Shown piece by piece: positions 45,201 to 57,600 of a DNA stretch of 64,000 nucleotides (position 1 is its first letter; every line of letters starts with the position of its first letter). The notes under the pieces were generated by a model. It saw nothing but the letters and a program-made list of their open reading frames with translations. It was not told the origin of the DNA and did no database searches. The DNA is from Eledone cirrhosa (Eukaryota), in NCBI GenBank assembly GCA_964016885.1, contig OZ024741.1, positions 6,324,001 to 6,388,000 of the forward strand, read 5' to 3'. A program made the position numbers and the translations under genes.

Positions 45201-46780
45201 ATTCTGTACCTGAGAGATATAAAGGTATTCTGTACCTGACAGGTATAAAGGTATTCTGTACCTGACAGGTATAAAGGTATGCTGTACCTGACAGATGTAA
45301 AGGTATTCTGTACCTGACAGATGTAAAGGTATTCTGTACCTGACAGATGTAAAGGTATTCTGTACCTGACAGGTATAAAGGTATTCTGTACCTGACAGGT
45401 ATAAAGGTATTCTGTACCTGACAGATATAAAAGTATTCTGTACCTGACAGGTATAAAGGTATTCTGTACCTGACAGGTATAAAGGTATTCTGTTCCTGAC
45501 AGATGTAAAGGTATTTTGTTCCTGACAGGTATAAAGGTATTCTGTACCTGACAGGTATAAAGGTATTCTGTTCCTGACAGATGTAAAGGTATTCTGTTCC
45601 TGACAGATGTAAAGGTATTCTGTACCTGACAGGTATAAAGGTATTCTGTACCTGACAGGTATAAAGGTATTCTGTTCCTGACAGATGTAAAGGTATTCTG
45701 TACCTGACAGATGTAAAGGTATTCTGTACCTGACAGGTACATAGGTATTCTGTACCGGACAGGTATAAAGGTATTCTGTTCAAGACAGGTATAAAAGTAT
45801 TATGTTCCTGACAGGTATAAAGGTATTTTGTTTCTGACAGGTATAAAGATATTCTGTTCCTGACAGGTATAAAGGTATTCTGTACCTGACAGGTATAAAG
45901 GCATTCTGTACCTGACAGGTATAAAGTTATTCTGTTCCTGACAGATGTAAAGGTATTCTGTTCCTGACAGATGTAAAGGTATTCTGTACCTGACAGGTAT
46001 AAGGGTATTCTGTACCTGACAGATGTATAGGCATTCTGTACCTGACAGATGTAAAGGTATTCTGTACCTGACAGATGTAAAGGTATTCTGTACCTGACAG
46101 ATATAAAAGTGTTCTGTACCTGACAGGTATAAAGATATTCTGTACCTGACAGGTATAAAGGTATTCTGTTCCTGACAGATGTAAAGGTATTCTGTACCTG
46201 ACAGGTATTAAGGTATTCTGTACCTGACAGGTATAAAGGTATTCTGTTCCTGACAGATGTAAAGGTATTCTGTTCCTGACAGATATAAAGGTATTTTGTT
46301 CCTGACATGTATAAAGGTATTCTGTACCTGACAGATATAAAGGTATTCTGTACCTGACAAGTATAAAGGTATTCTGTACCTGACAGGTATAAAGGTATGC
46401 CGTACCTGAGAGATATAGAGGTATTCTGTACCTGACAGGTATAAAGGTATTCTCTACCTGACAGGTATAAAGGTATTCTGTACCCGACAGGTATAAAGGT
46501 ACTCTGTACCTGAGAGATATAAAGGTATTCTGTACCTGACAGGTATAAAGGTATTCTTTACTTGACAGGTATAAAGGTATGCTGTACCTGACAGATGTAA
46601 AGGTATTCTGTACCTGACAGATGTAAAGGTATTCTGTACCTGACAGGTATAAAGGTATTCTCTACCTGACAGGTATAAAGGTATTCTGTACCTGACAGAT
46701 ATAAAGGTATTCTGTACCTGACAGGTATAAAGGTATGCTGTACCTGACAGATGTAAAGGTATTCTGTTCCTGACAGATGT
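42210..46780. repeat. Tandem duplication with 2521-bp period (97 monomers - 1 bp)
   Basis: Identical translations at 42218/44739, 42471/44992 and 42574/45095, all offset 2521. Private variant caggtacatagg occurs in both copies. Confidence 0.92.
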
Positions 46781-49700
46781 AAAGGTATTCTGTACCTGAC
46801 AGGTATAAAGGTATTCTGTACCTGACAGGTATAAAGGTATTCTGTACCTGACAGATGTAAAGGTATTCTGTACCTGACAGGTATTAAGGTATTCTGTACC
46901 TGACAGGTATAAAGGTATTCTGTACCTGACAGATATAAAGGCATTCTGTACCTGACAGATGTAAAGGTATTCTGTACCTGACAGATGTAAAGGTATTCTG
47001 TACCTGACAGGTATAAAGGTATTCTGTACCTGACAGATGTAAAGGTATTCTGTACCTGACAGATGTAAAGGTATTCTGTACCTGACAGGTATAAAGGTAT
47101 TCTGTTCCTGACAGATGTAAAGGTATTCTGTACCTGACAGGTATAAAGGTATTCTGTACCTGACAGGTATAAAGGTATTCTGTACCTGATAGATATAAAG
47201 GTATTCTGTACCTGACAGATGTAAAGGTATTCCGTTCCTGACAGATATAAAGGTATTCTGTACCTGACAGATATAAAGGTATTCTGTACCTGACAGATGT
47301 AAAGTTATTCTGTACCTGACAGATGTAAAGGTATTCTGTACCTGACAGGTATAAAGGTATTCTGTTCCTGACAGATGTAAAGGTATTCTGTACCTGAAAG
47401 ATGTAAAGATATTCTGTTCCTGACAGGTATAAAGGTATTCTGTACCTGACAGGTATAAAGGTATTCTGTTCCTGACAGATGTAAAGGTATTCTGTACCTG
47501 ACAGGTATAAAGGTATTCTGTACCTGACAGGTATAAAGGTATTCTGTTTCTGACAGGTATAGAGGTATTCTGTACCTGACAAGTATAAAGGTATTCTGTA
47601 CCTTACAGGTATAAAGCTATTCTGTACCTGACAGTTATGAAGGTATTCTGTTCCTGACATGTATAAAGGTATTCTGTACCTGACAGATATAAAGGTATTC
47701 TGTACCTGACAGGTATAAATTATTCTGTACCTGACAGGTATAAAGGTATTCTGTACCTGACAGGTATAAAGGTATTCTGTACCTGACAGGTATAAAGGTA
47801 TTCTGTACCCGACAGGTATAAAGCTATTCTGTACCTGCGAAATATAAAGGTATTCTGGACCTGACAGGTATAAAGGTATTCTGTACCTGACAGGTATAAA
47901 GGTATGCTGTACCTGACAGATGTAAAGGTATTCTGTACCTGACAGATGTAAAGGTATTCTGTACCTGACAGATGTAAAGGTATTCTGTACCTGACAGGTA
48001 TAAAGGTATTCTGTACCTGACAGGTATAAAGGTATTCTGTACCTGACAGATATAAAAGTATTCTGTACCTGACAGGTATAAAGGTATTCTGTACCTGACA
48101 GGTATAAAGGTATTCTGTTCCTGACAGATGTGAAGGTATTCTGTACCTGACAGATGTAAAGGTATTCTGTTCCTGACAGGTATAAATGTATTCTGTACCT
48201 GACAGGTATAAAGGTATTCTGTTCCTGACAGATGTAAAGGTATTCTGTTCCTGACAGATGTAAAGGTATTCTGTACCTGACAGGTATAAAGTTATTCTGT
48301 ACCTGACAGGTATAAAGGTATTCTGTTCCTGACAGATGTAAAGGTATTCTGTACCTGACAGATGTAAAGGTATTCTATACCTGACAGGTATATAGGTATT
48401 CTGTACCGGACAGGTATAAAGGTATTCTGTTCAAGACAGTTATAAAAGTATTATGTTCCTGACAGGTATAAAGGTATTCTGTTCAAGACAGTTATAAAAG
48501 TATTATGTTCCTGACAGGTATAAAGGTATTTTGTTTCTGACAGGTATAAAGATATTCTGTTCCTGACAGGTATAAAGGTATTCTGTACCTGACAGGTATA
48601 AAAACATTCTGTACCTGACAGGTATAAAGTTATTCTGTTCCTGACAGATGTAAAGGTATTCTGTTCCTGACAGATGTAAAGGTATTCTGTACCTGACAGG
48701 TATAAGGGTATTCTGTACCTGACAGATGTATAGGCATTCTGTACCTGACAGATGTAAAGGTATTCTGTACCTGACAGATGTAAAGGTATTCTGTACCTGA
48801 CAGGTATAAAGGTATTCTGTACCTGACAGATGTAAAGGTATTCTGTTCCTGACAGATATAAAGGTATTCTGTACATGACAGATGTAAAGGTATTCTGTAC
48901 CTGACAGATGTAAAGGTATTCTGTACCTGACAGGTATAAAGATTTTCTGTACCTGACAGGTATAAAGGTATTCTGTACCTGACAGATGTAAAGGTATTCT
49001 GTACCTGACAGATGTAAAGATATTCTGTTCCTGGCAGGTATAAAGGTATTCTGTACCTGACAGATGTAAAGGTATTCTGTACCTGACAGGTATAAAGGTA
49101 TTCTGGTCCTGACAGATGTAAAGGTATTCTGTACCTGACAGGTATAAAGGTATTCTGTACCTGACAGGTATAAAGGTATTCTGTACCTGATAGATATAAA
49201 GGTATTCTGTACCTGACAGATGTAAAGGTATTCCGTTCCTGACAGATATAAAGGTATTCTGTACCTGACGGATATAAAGGTATTCTGTACCTGACAGATG
49301 TAAAGTTATTCTGTACCTGACAGATGTAAAGGTATTCTGTACCTGACAGGTATAAAGGTATTCTGTTCCTGACAGATGTAAAGGTATTCTGTACCGGACA
49401 GATGTAAAGATATTCTGTTCCTGACAGGTATAAAGGTATTCTGTACCTGACAGGTATAAACGTATACTGTTCCTGACAGATGTAAAGGTATTCTGTACCT
49501 GACAGGTATAAAGGTATTCTGTACCTGACAGGTATAAAGGTATTCTGTTTCTGACAGGTATAGAGGTATTCTGTACCTGACAAGTATAAAGGTATTCTGT
49601 ACCTTACAGGTATAAAGCTATTCTGTACCTGACAGTTATGAAGGTATTCTGTTCCTGACATGTATAAAGGTATTCTGTACCTGACAGATATAAAGGTATT

Positions 49701-52700
49701 CTGTACCTGACAGGTATAAATTATTCTGTACCTGACAGGTATAAAGGTATTCTGTACCTGACAGGTATAAAGGTATTCTGTACCTGACAGGTATAAAGGT
49801 ATTCTGTACCCGACAGGTTTAAAGCTATTCTGTACCTGAGAAATATAAAGGTATTCTGGACCTGACAGGTATAAAGGTATTCTGTACCTGACAGGTATAA
49901 AGGTATGCTGTACCTGACAGATGTAAAGGTATTCTGTACCTGACAGATGTAAAGGTATTCTGTACCTGACAGATGTAAAGGTATTCTGTACCTGACAGGT
50001 ATAAAGGTATTCTGTTCCTGACAGATGTAAAGGTATTCTGTACCTGACAGATGTAAAGGTATTCTATACCTGACAGGTATATAGATATTCTGTACCTGAC
50101 AGATATAAAGGTATTCTGTACCTGACAGATGTAAAGTTATTCTGTACCTGACAGATGTAAAGGTATTCTGTACCTGACAGGTATAAAGGTATTCTGTTCC
50201 TGACAGATGTAAAGATACTCTGTACCTGACAGATGTAAAGGTATTCTGTACCTGACAGGTATAAAGGTATTCTGTACCTGACAGATGTAAAGGTATTCTG
50301 TTCCTGACAGATGTAAAGTTATACTGTACCTGACAGATGTAAAGGTATTCTGTTCCTGACAGATATAAAGGTATTCTGTTCCTGACAGATGTAAAGGTAT
50401 TCTGTACCTGACAGGTATAAAGGTATTCTGTACCTGACAGATGTAAAGGTATTCTGTACCTGACAGGTATAAAGGTATTCTGTTCCTGACAGGTATAAAG
50501 GTATTCTGTACCTGACAGATGTAAAGGTATTCTGTACCTGACAGGTATAAAGGTATTCTGTACCTGACAGATATAAAAGTATTCTGTACCTGACAGGTAT
50601 AAAGGTATTCTGTACCTGACAGGTATAAAGGTATTCTGTTCCTGACAGATGTAAAGGTATTCTGTACCTGACAGATGTAAAGGTATTCTGTTCCTGACAG
50701 GTATAAATGTATTCTGTACCTGACAGGTATAAAGGTATTCTGTTCCTGACAGATGTAAAGGTATTCTGTTCCTGACAGATGTAAAGGTATTCTGTACCTG
50801 ACAGGTATAAAGGTATTCTGTACCTGACAGGTATAAAGGTATTCTGTTCCTGACAGATGTAAAGGTATTCTATACCTGACAGGTATATAGGTATTCTGTA
50901 CCGGACAGGTATAAAGGTATTCTGTTCAAGACAGTTATAAAAGTATTATGTTCCTGACAGGTATAAAGGTATTTTGTTTCTGACAGGTATAAAGGTATTC
51001 TGTTCCTGACAGATGTAAAGGTATTCTGTACCTGACAGAAATAAAGGTATTCTGTACCTGACAGGTATATAGGTATTCTGTACTGGACAGGTATAAAGGT
51101 ATTCTGTTCAAGACAGGTATAAAAGTATTATGTTCCTGACAGGTATAAAGGTATTTTGTTTCTGACAGGTATAAAGATATTCTGTTCCTGACAGGTATAA
51201 AGGTATTCTGTACCTGACAGGTATAAAAGCATTCTGTACCTGACAGGTATAAAGTTATTCTGTTCCTGACAGATGTAAAGGTATTCTGTTCCTGACAGAT
51301 GTAAAGGTATTCTGTACCTGACAGGTATAAGGGTATTCTGTACCTGACAGATGTATAGGCACTCTGTACCTGACAGATGTAAAGGTATTCTGTACCTGAC
51401 AGATGTAAAGGTATTCTGTACCTGACAGGTATAAAGGTATTCTGTACCTGACAGATGTAAAGGTATTCTGTTCCTGACAGATATAAAGGTATTCTCTACC
51501 TGACAGGTATAAAGGTATTCTGTACCTGACAGGTATAAAGGTATTCTGTACCTGACAGGTATAAAGGTATTCTGTTCCTGACAGGTATAAAGGTATTCTG
51601 TACCTGACAGATGTAAAGGTATTCAGTACCTGACAGGTATAAAGGTATTCTGTACTTGACAGGTATAAAGGTATTCTGTACCTGACAGGTTTAAAGGTAT
51701 TCTGTACCTGACAGGTATAAGGGTATTCTGTTCCTGACAGGTATAAAGGTATTCTGTACCTGACAGATGTAAAGGTATTCTGTACCTGACAGGTATAAAG
51801 GTATTCTGTTCCTGACAGGTATAAAGGGATTCTGTACCTGACAGATGTAAAGATATTCTGTTCCTGGCAGGTATAAAGGTATTCTGTACCTGACAGATGT
51901 AAAGGTATTCTGTACCTGACAGGTATAAAGGTATTCTGTTCCTGACAGATGTAAAGGTATTCTGTACCTGACAGGTATAAAGGTATTCTGTACCTGACAG
52001 GTATAAAGGTATTCTGTACCTGATAGATATAAAGGTATTCTGTACCTGACAGATGTAAAGGTATTCCGTTCCTGACAGATATAAAGGTATTCTGTACCTG
52101 ACAGATATAAAGGTATTCTGTACCTGACAGATGTAAAGTTATTCTGTACCTGACAGATGTAAAGGTATTCTGTACCTGACAGGTATAAAGGTATTCTGTT
52201 CCTGACAGATGTAAAGGTATTCTGTACCTGACAGATGTAAAGATATTCTGTTCCTGACAGGTATAAAGGTATTCTGTACCTGACAGTTATAAAGGTATTC
52301 TGTTTCTGACAGATGTAAAGTTATTCTGTACCTGACAGGTATAAAGGTATTCTGTACCTGACAGGTATAAAGGTATTCTGTTTCTGACAGGTATAGAGGT
52401 ATTCTGTACCTGACAAGTATAAAGGTATTCTGTACCTTACAGGTATAAAGCTATTCTGTACCTGACTGTTATGAAGGTATTCTGTTCCTGACATGTATAA
52501 AGGTATTCTGTACCTGACAGATATAAAGGTATTCTGTACCTGACAGGTATAAATTATTCTGTACCTGACAGGTATAAAGGTATTCTGTACCTGACAGGTA
52601 TAAAGGTATTCTGTACCTGACAGGTATAAAGGTATTCTGTACCCGACAGGTATAAAGCTATTCTGTACCTGAGAAATATAAAGGTATTCTGGACCTGACA

Positions 52701-54649
52701 GGTATAAAGGTATTCTGTACCTGACAGGTATAAAGGTATGCTGTACCTGACAGATGTAAAGGTATTCTGTACCTGACAGATTTAAAGGTATTCTGTACCT
52801 GACAGATGTAAAGGTATTCTTTACCTGACAGGTATAAAGGTATTCTGTACCTGACAGGTATAAAGGTATTCTGTACCTGACAGATATAAAAGTATTCTGT
52901 ACCTGACAGGTATAAAGGTATTCTGTACCTGACAGGTATAAAGGTATTCTGTTCCTGACAGATGTAAAGGTATTCTGTACCTGACAGATGTAAAGGTATT
53001 CTGTTCCTGACAGGTATAAATGTATTCTGTACCTGACAGGTATAAAGGTATTCTATTCCTGACAGATGTAAAGGTATTCTGTTCCTGACAGATGTAAAGG
53101 TATTCTGTACCTGACAGGTATAAAGGTATTCTGTACCTGACAGGTATAAAGGTATTCTGTTCCTGACAGATGTAAAGGTATTCTGTACCTGACAGATGTA
53201 AAGGTATTCTATACCTGACAGGTATATAGGTATTCTGTACCGGACAGGTATAAAGGTATTCTGTTCAAGACAGTTATAAAAGTATTATGTTCCTGACAGG
53301 TATAAAGGTATTTTGTTTCTGACAGGTATAAAGATATTCTGTTCCTGACAGGTATAAAGGTATTCTGTACCTGACAGGTATAAAAGCATTCTGTACCTGA
53401 CAGGTATAAAGTTATTCTGTTCCTGACAGATGTAAAGGTATTCTGTTCCTGACAGATGTAAAGGTATTCTGTACCTGACAGGTATAAGGGTATTCTGTAC
53501 CTGACAGATGTATAGGCATTCTGTACCTGACAGATGTAAAGGTATTCTGTACCTGACAGATGTAAAGGTATTCTGTACCTGACAGGTATAAAGGTATTCT
53601 GTACCTGACAGATGTAAAGGTATTCTGTTCCTGACAGATATAAAGGTATTCTGTACCTGACAGGTATAAAGGTATTCTTTACTTGACAGGTATAAAGGTT
53701 TCTGTACCTGACAGGTATAAAGGTATTCTGTACCTGACAGGTATAAAGGTATTCTGTACCTGACAGGTATAAAGGTATTCTGTTCCTGACAGGTATAAAG
53801 GTATTCTGTACCTGACAGATGTAAAGGTATTCAGTACCTGACAGGTATAAAGGTATTCTGTTCCTGACAGGTATAAAGGTATTCTGTACCTGACAAATGT
53901 AAAGGTATTCTGTACCTGACAGGTATAAAGGTATTCTGTTCCTGACAGGTATAAAGGGATTCTGTACCTGACAGATGTAAAGGTATTCTGTACCTGACAG
54001 GTATAAATGTATGCTGTACCTGACAGATGTAAAGGTATTCTGTACCTGACAGATGTAAAGGTATTCTGTACCTGACAGATATAAAGGTATTGTGTACCTG
54101 TCAGGTATAAAGGTATTCTGTACCTGACAGGTATAAAGGTATTCTGTTCCTGACAGATGTAAAGGTATTCTATACCTGACAGGTATAAACGTATTCTGTA
54201 CCTGACAGGTATAAACGTATTCTGTACCTGACAGATAAAAAAGTATTCTGTACCTGTCAGGTATAAAGGTATTCTGTACTTGACAGGTATAAAGGTATTC
54301 TGTACCTGACAGGTATGAAGGTATTCTGTTCCTGACAGATGTAAAGGTATTCTGTACCTGACAGGTATAAAGGTATTCTGTACCTGACAGGTATAAAGGT
54401 ATTCTGTACCTGATAGATATAAAGATATTCTGTACCTGACAGATATAAAGGTATTCTGTACCTGACAGGTATAAAGGTATTCTGTACCTGACAGGGATAA
54501 AGGTATTCTGTACCTGACAGATGTAAAGATATTCTGTTCCTGACAGGCATAAAGGTATTCTGTACCTGACAGGTATAAAGGTATTCTGTTCCTGACATGT
54601 ATAAAGGTATTCTGTACCTGACAGATATAAAGGTATTCTGTACCTGACA

Positions 54650-57600
54650 GGTATAAATTATTCTGTACCTGACACGTATAAAGGTATTCTGTACCTGACA
54701 GGTATAAAGGTATTCTGTACCTGACAGGTATGAAGGTATTCTGTTCCTGACAGGTATAAAGGTATTCTGTACCTGACAGGTATAAAGGTATTCTGTACCT
54801 GGCAGATATAAAGGTCTTCTGTACCTGACAGGTATAAAGGTATTCTGTACCTGACAGATGTAAAGGTATTCTGTACCTGACAGATGTAAAGGTATTCTGT
54901 ACCTGACAGGTATAAAGGTATTCTCTACCTGACAGATGTAAAGGTATTCTGTACCTGACAGATGTAAAGGTATTCTGTACCTGACAGGTATAAAGGTATT
55001 CTGTTCCTGACAGGTATAAAGGGATTCTGTACCTGACAGATGTAAAGGTATTCTCTACCTGACAGGTATAAAGGTATGCTGTACCTGACAGATGTAAAGG
55101 TATTCTGTACCTGACAGATGTAAAGTATTCTGTACCTGACAGATATAAAGGTATTGTGTACCTGTCAGGTATAAAGGTATTCTGTACCTGACAGGTATAA
55201 AGGTATTCTGTTCCTGACAGATGTAAAGGTATTCTGTACCTGACAGGTATAAACGTATTCTGTACCTGACAGGTATAAACGTATTCTGTACCTGACAGAC
55301 AAAAAAGTATTCTGTACCTGTCAGGTATAAAGGTATTCTGTACCTGACAGGTATAAAGGTATTCTGTACCTGACAGGTATAAAGGTATTCTGTACCTGAG
55401 AGATATAAAGGTATTCTGTACCTGTCAGGTATAAAGGTATTCTGTACCTGACTGGTATAAAGGTATGCTGTACCTGACAGGTATAAAGGTTTTCCGTACC
55501 TGACCGATGTAAAGATACTCTGTACCTGACAGATGTAAAGGTATTCTGTACCTGACAGGTATAAAGGTATTCTGTACCTGACAGATGTAAAGGTATTCTG
55601 TTCCTGACAGATGTAAAGTTATTCTGTACCTGACAGATGTAAAGGTATTCTGTACCTGACAGGTATAAAGGTATTCTGTACCTGACAGATGTAAAGGTAT
55701 TCTGTACCTGACAGGTATAAAGGCATTCTGTTCCTGACAGGTATAAAGGTATTCTGTACCTGACAGATGTAAAGGTATTCTGTACCTGACAGGTATAAAG
55801 GTATTCTGTACCTGACAGGTATAAAGGTATTCTGTACCTGACAGGTATAAAGGTATTCTGTACCTGAGAGATATAAAGGTATTCTGTACCTGTCAGGTAT
55901 AAAGGTATTCTGTACCTGACTGGTATAAAGGTATGCTGTACCTGACAGGTATAAAGGTTTTCCGTACCTGACCGATGTAAAGATACTCTGTACCTGACAG
56001 ATGTAAAGGTATTCTGTACCTGACAGGTATAAAGGTATTCTGTACCTGACAGATGTAAAGGTATTCTGTTCCTGACAGATGTAAAGTTATTCTGTACCTG
56101 ACAGATGTAAAGGTATTCTGTACCTGACAGGTATAAAGGTATTCTGTTCCTGACAGATGTAAAGGTATTCTGTACCTGACAGGTATAAAGGTATTCTGTT
56201 CCTGACAGGTATAAAGGTATTCTGTACCTGACAGATGTAAAGGTATTCTGTACCTGACAGGTATAAAGGTATTCTGTACCTGACAGGTATAAATGTATTC
56301 TGTACCTGACAGGTATAAAGGTATTCTGTACCTGACAGATGTAAAGGTATTCTGTACCTGACAGGTATAAAGGTATTCTGTACCTGACAGGGATAAAGGT
56401 ATTCTGTTCCTGACAGATGTAAAGGTATTCTGTACCTGACAGATGTAAAGATATTCTGTTCCTGACAGGTATAAAGGTATTCTGTACCTGACAGATATAA
56501 AGGTATTCTGTTCCTGACAGATGTAAAGGTATTCTGTACCTGACAGATGTAAAGGTATTCTGTACCTGACAGGTATAAAGGTATTCTGTACTTGACAGGT
56601 ATAAAGGTATTCTGTACCTGAGAGATATAAAGGTATTCTGTACCTGACAGGTATAAAGGTATTCTGTACCTGACAGGTATAAAGGTATTCTGTACCTGAC
56701 AGTTTTAAAGGTATTCTGTTCCTGACAGGTATAAAGGTATTCTGTACCTGACAGATGTAAAGGTATTCTGTACCTGACAGATGTAAAGGTATTCTGTACC
56801 TGACAGGTATAAAGGTATTCTGTTCCTGACAGGTATAAAGGGATTCTGTACCTGACAGATGTAAAGGTATTCTGTACCTGACAGGTATAAAGGTATGCTG
56901 TACCTGACAAATGTAAAGGTATTCTGTACCTGACAGATATAAAGGTATTGTGTACCTGTCAGGTATAAAGGTATTCTGTACCTGACAGGTATAAAGGTAT
57001 TCTGTTCCTGACAGATGTAAAGGTATTCTGTACCTGACAGGTATAAACGTATTCTGTACCTGACAGGTATAAACGTATTCTGTACCTGACAGATAAAAAG
57101 GTATTCTGTACCTGTCAGGTATAAAGGTATTCTGTACCTGACAGGTATAAAGGTATTCTGTACCTGACAGGTATAAAGGTATTCTGTACCTGAGAGATAT
57201 AAAGGTATTCTGTACCTGTCAGGTATAAAGGTATTCTGTACCTGACTGGTATAAAGGTATGCTGTACCTGACAGATGTAAACGTATTCTGTACCTGACAG
57301 ATGTAAAGGTATTCTGTACCTGACAGGTATAAAGGTATTCTGTACCTGACAGGTATGAAGGTATTCTGTTCCTGACAGGTATAAAGGTATTCTGTACCTG
57401 ACAGGTATAAAGGTATTCTGTACCTGGCAGATATAAAGGTCTTCTGTACCTGACAGGTATAAAGGTATTCTGTACCTGACAGATGTAAAGGTATTCTGTA
57501 CCTGACAGATGTAAAGGTATTCTGTACCTGACAGGTATAAAGGTATTCTCTACCTGACAGATGTAAAGGTATTCTGTACCTGACAGATGTAAAGGTATTC

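Noticed and set aside
49662-54256. Gap in the ORF track
   Set aside because: The sequence is the same satellite. The gap most likely reflects placement of start- and stop-creating variants or ORF-caller settings, not different content.
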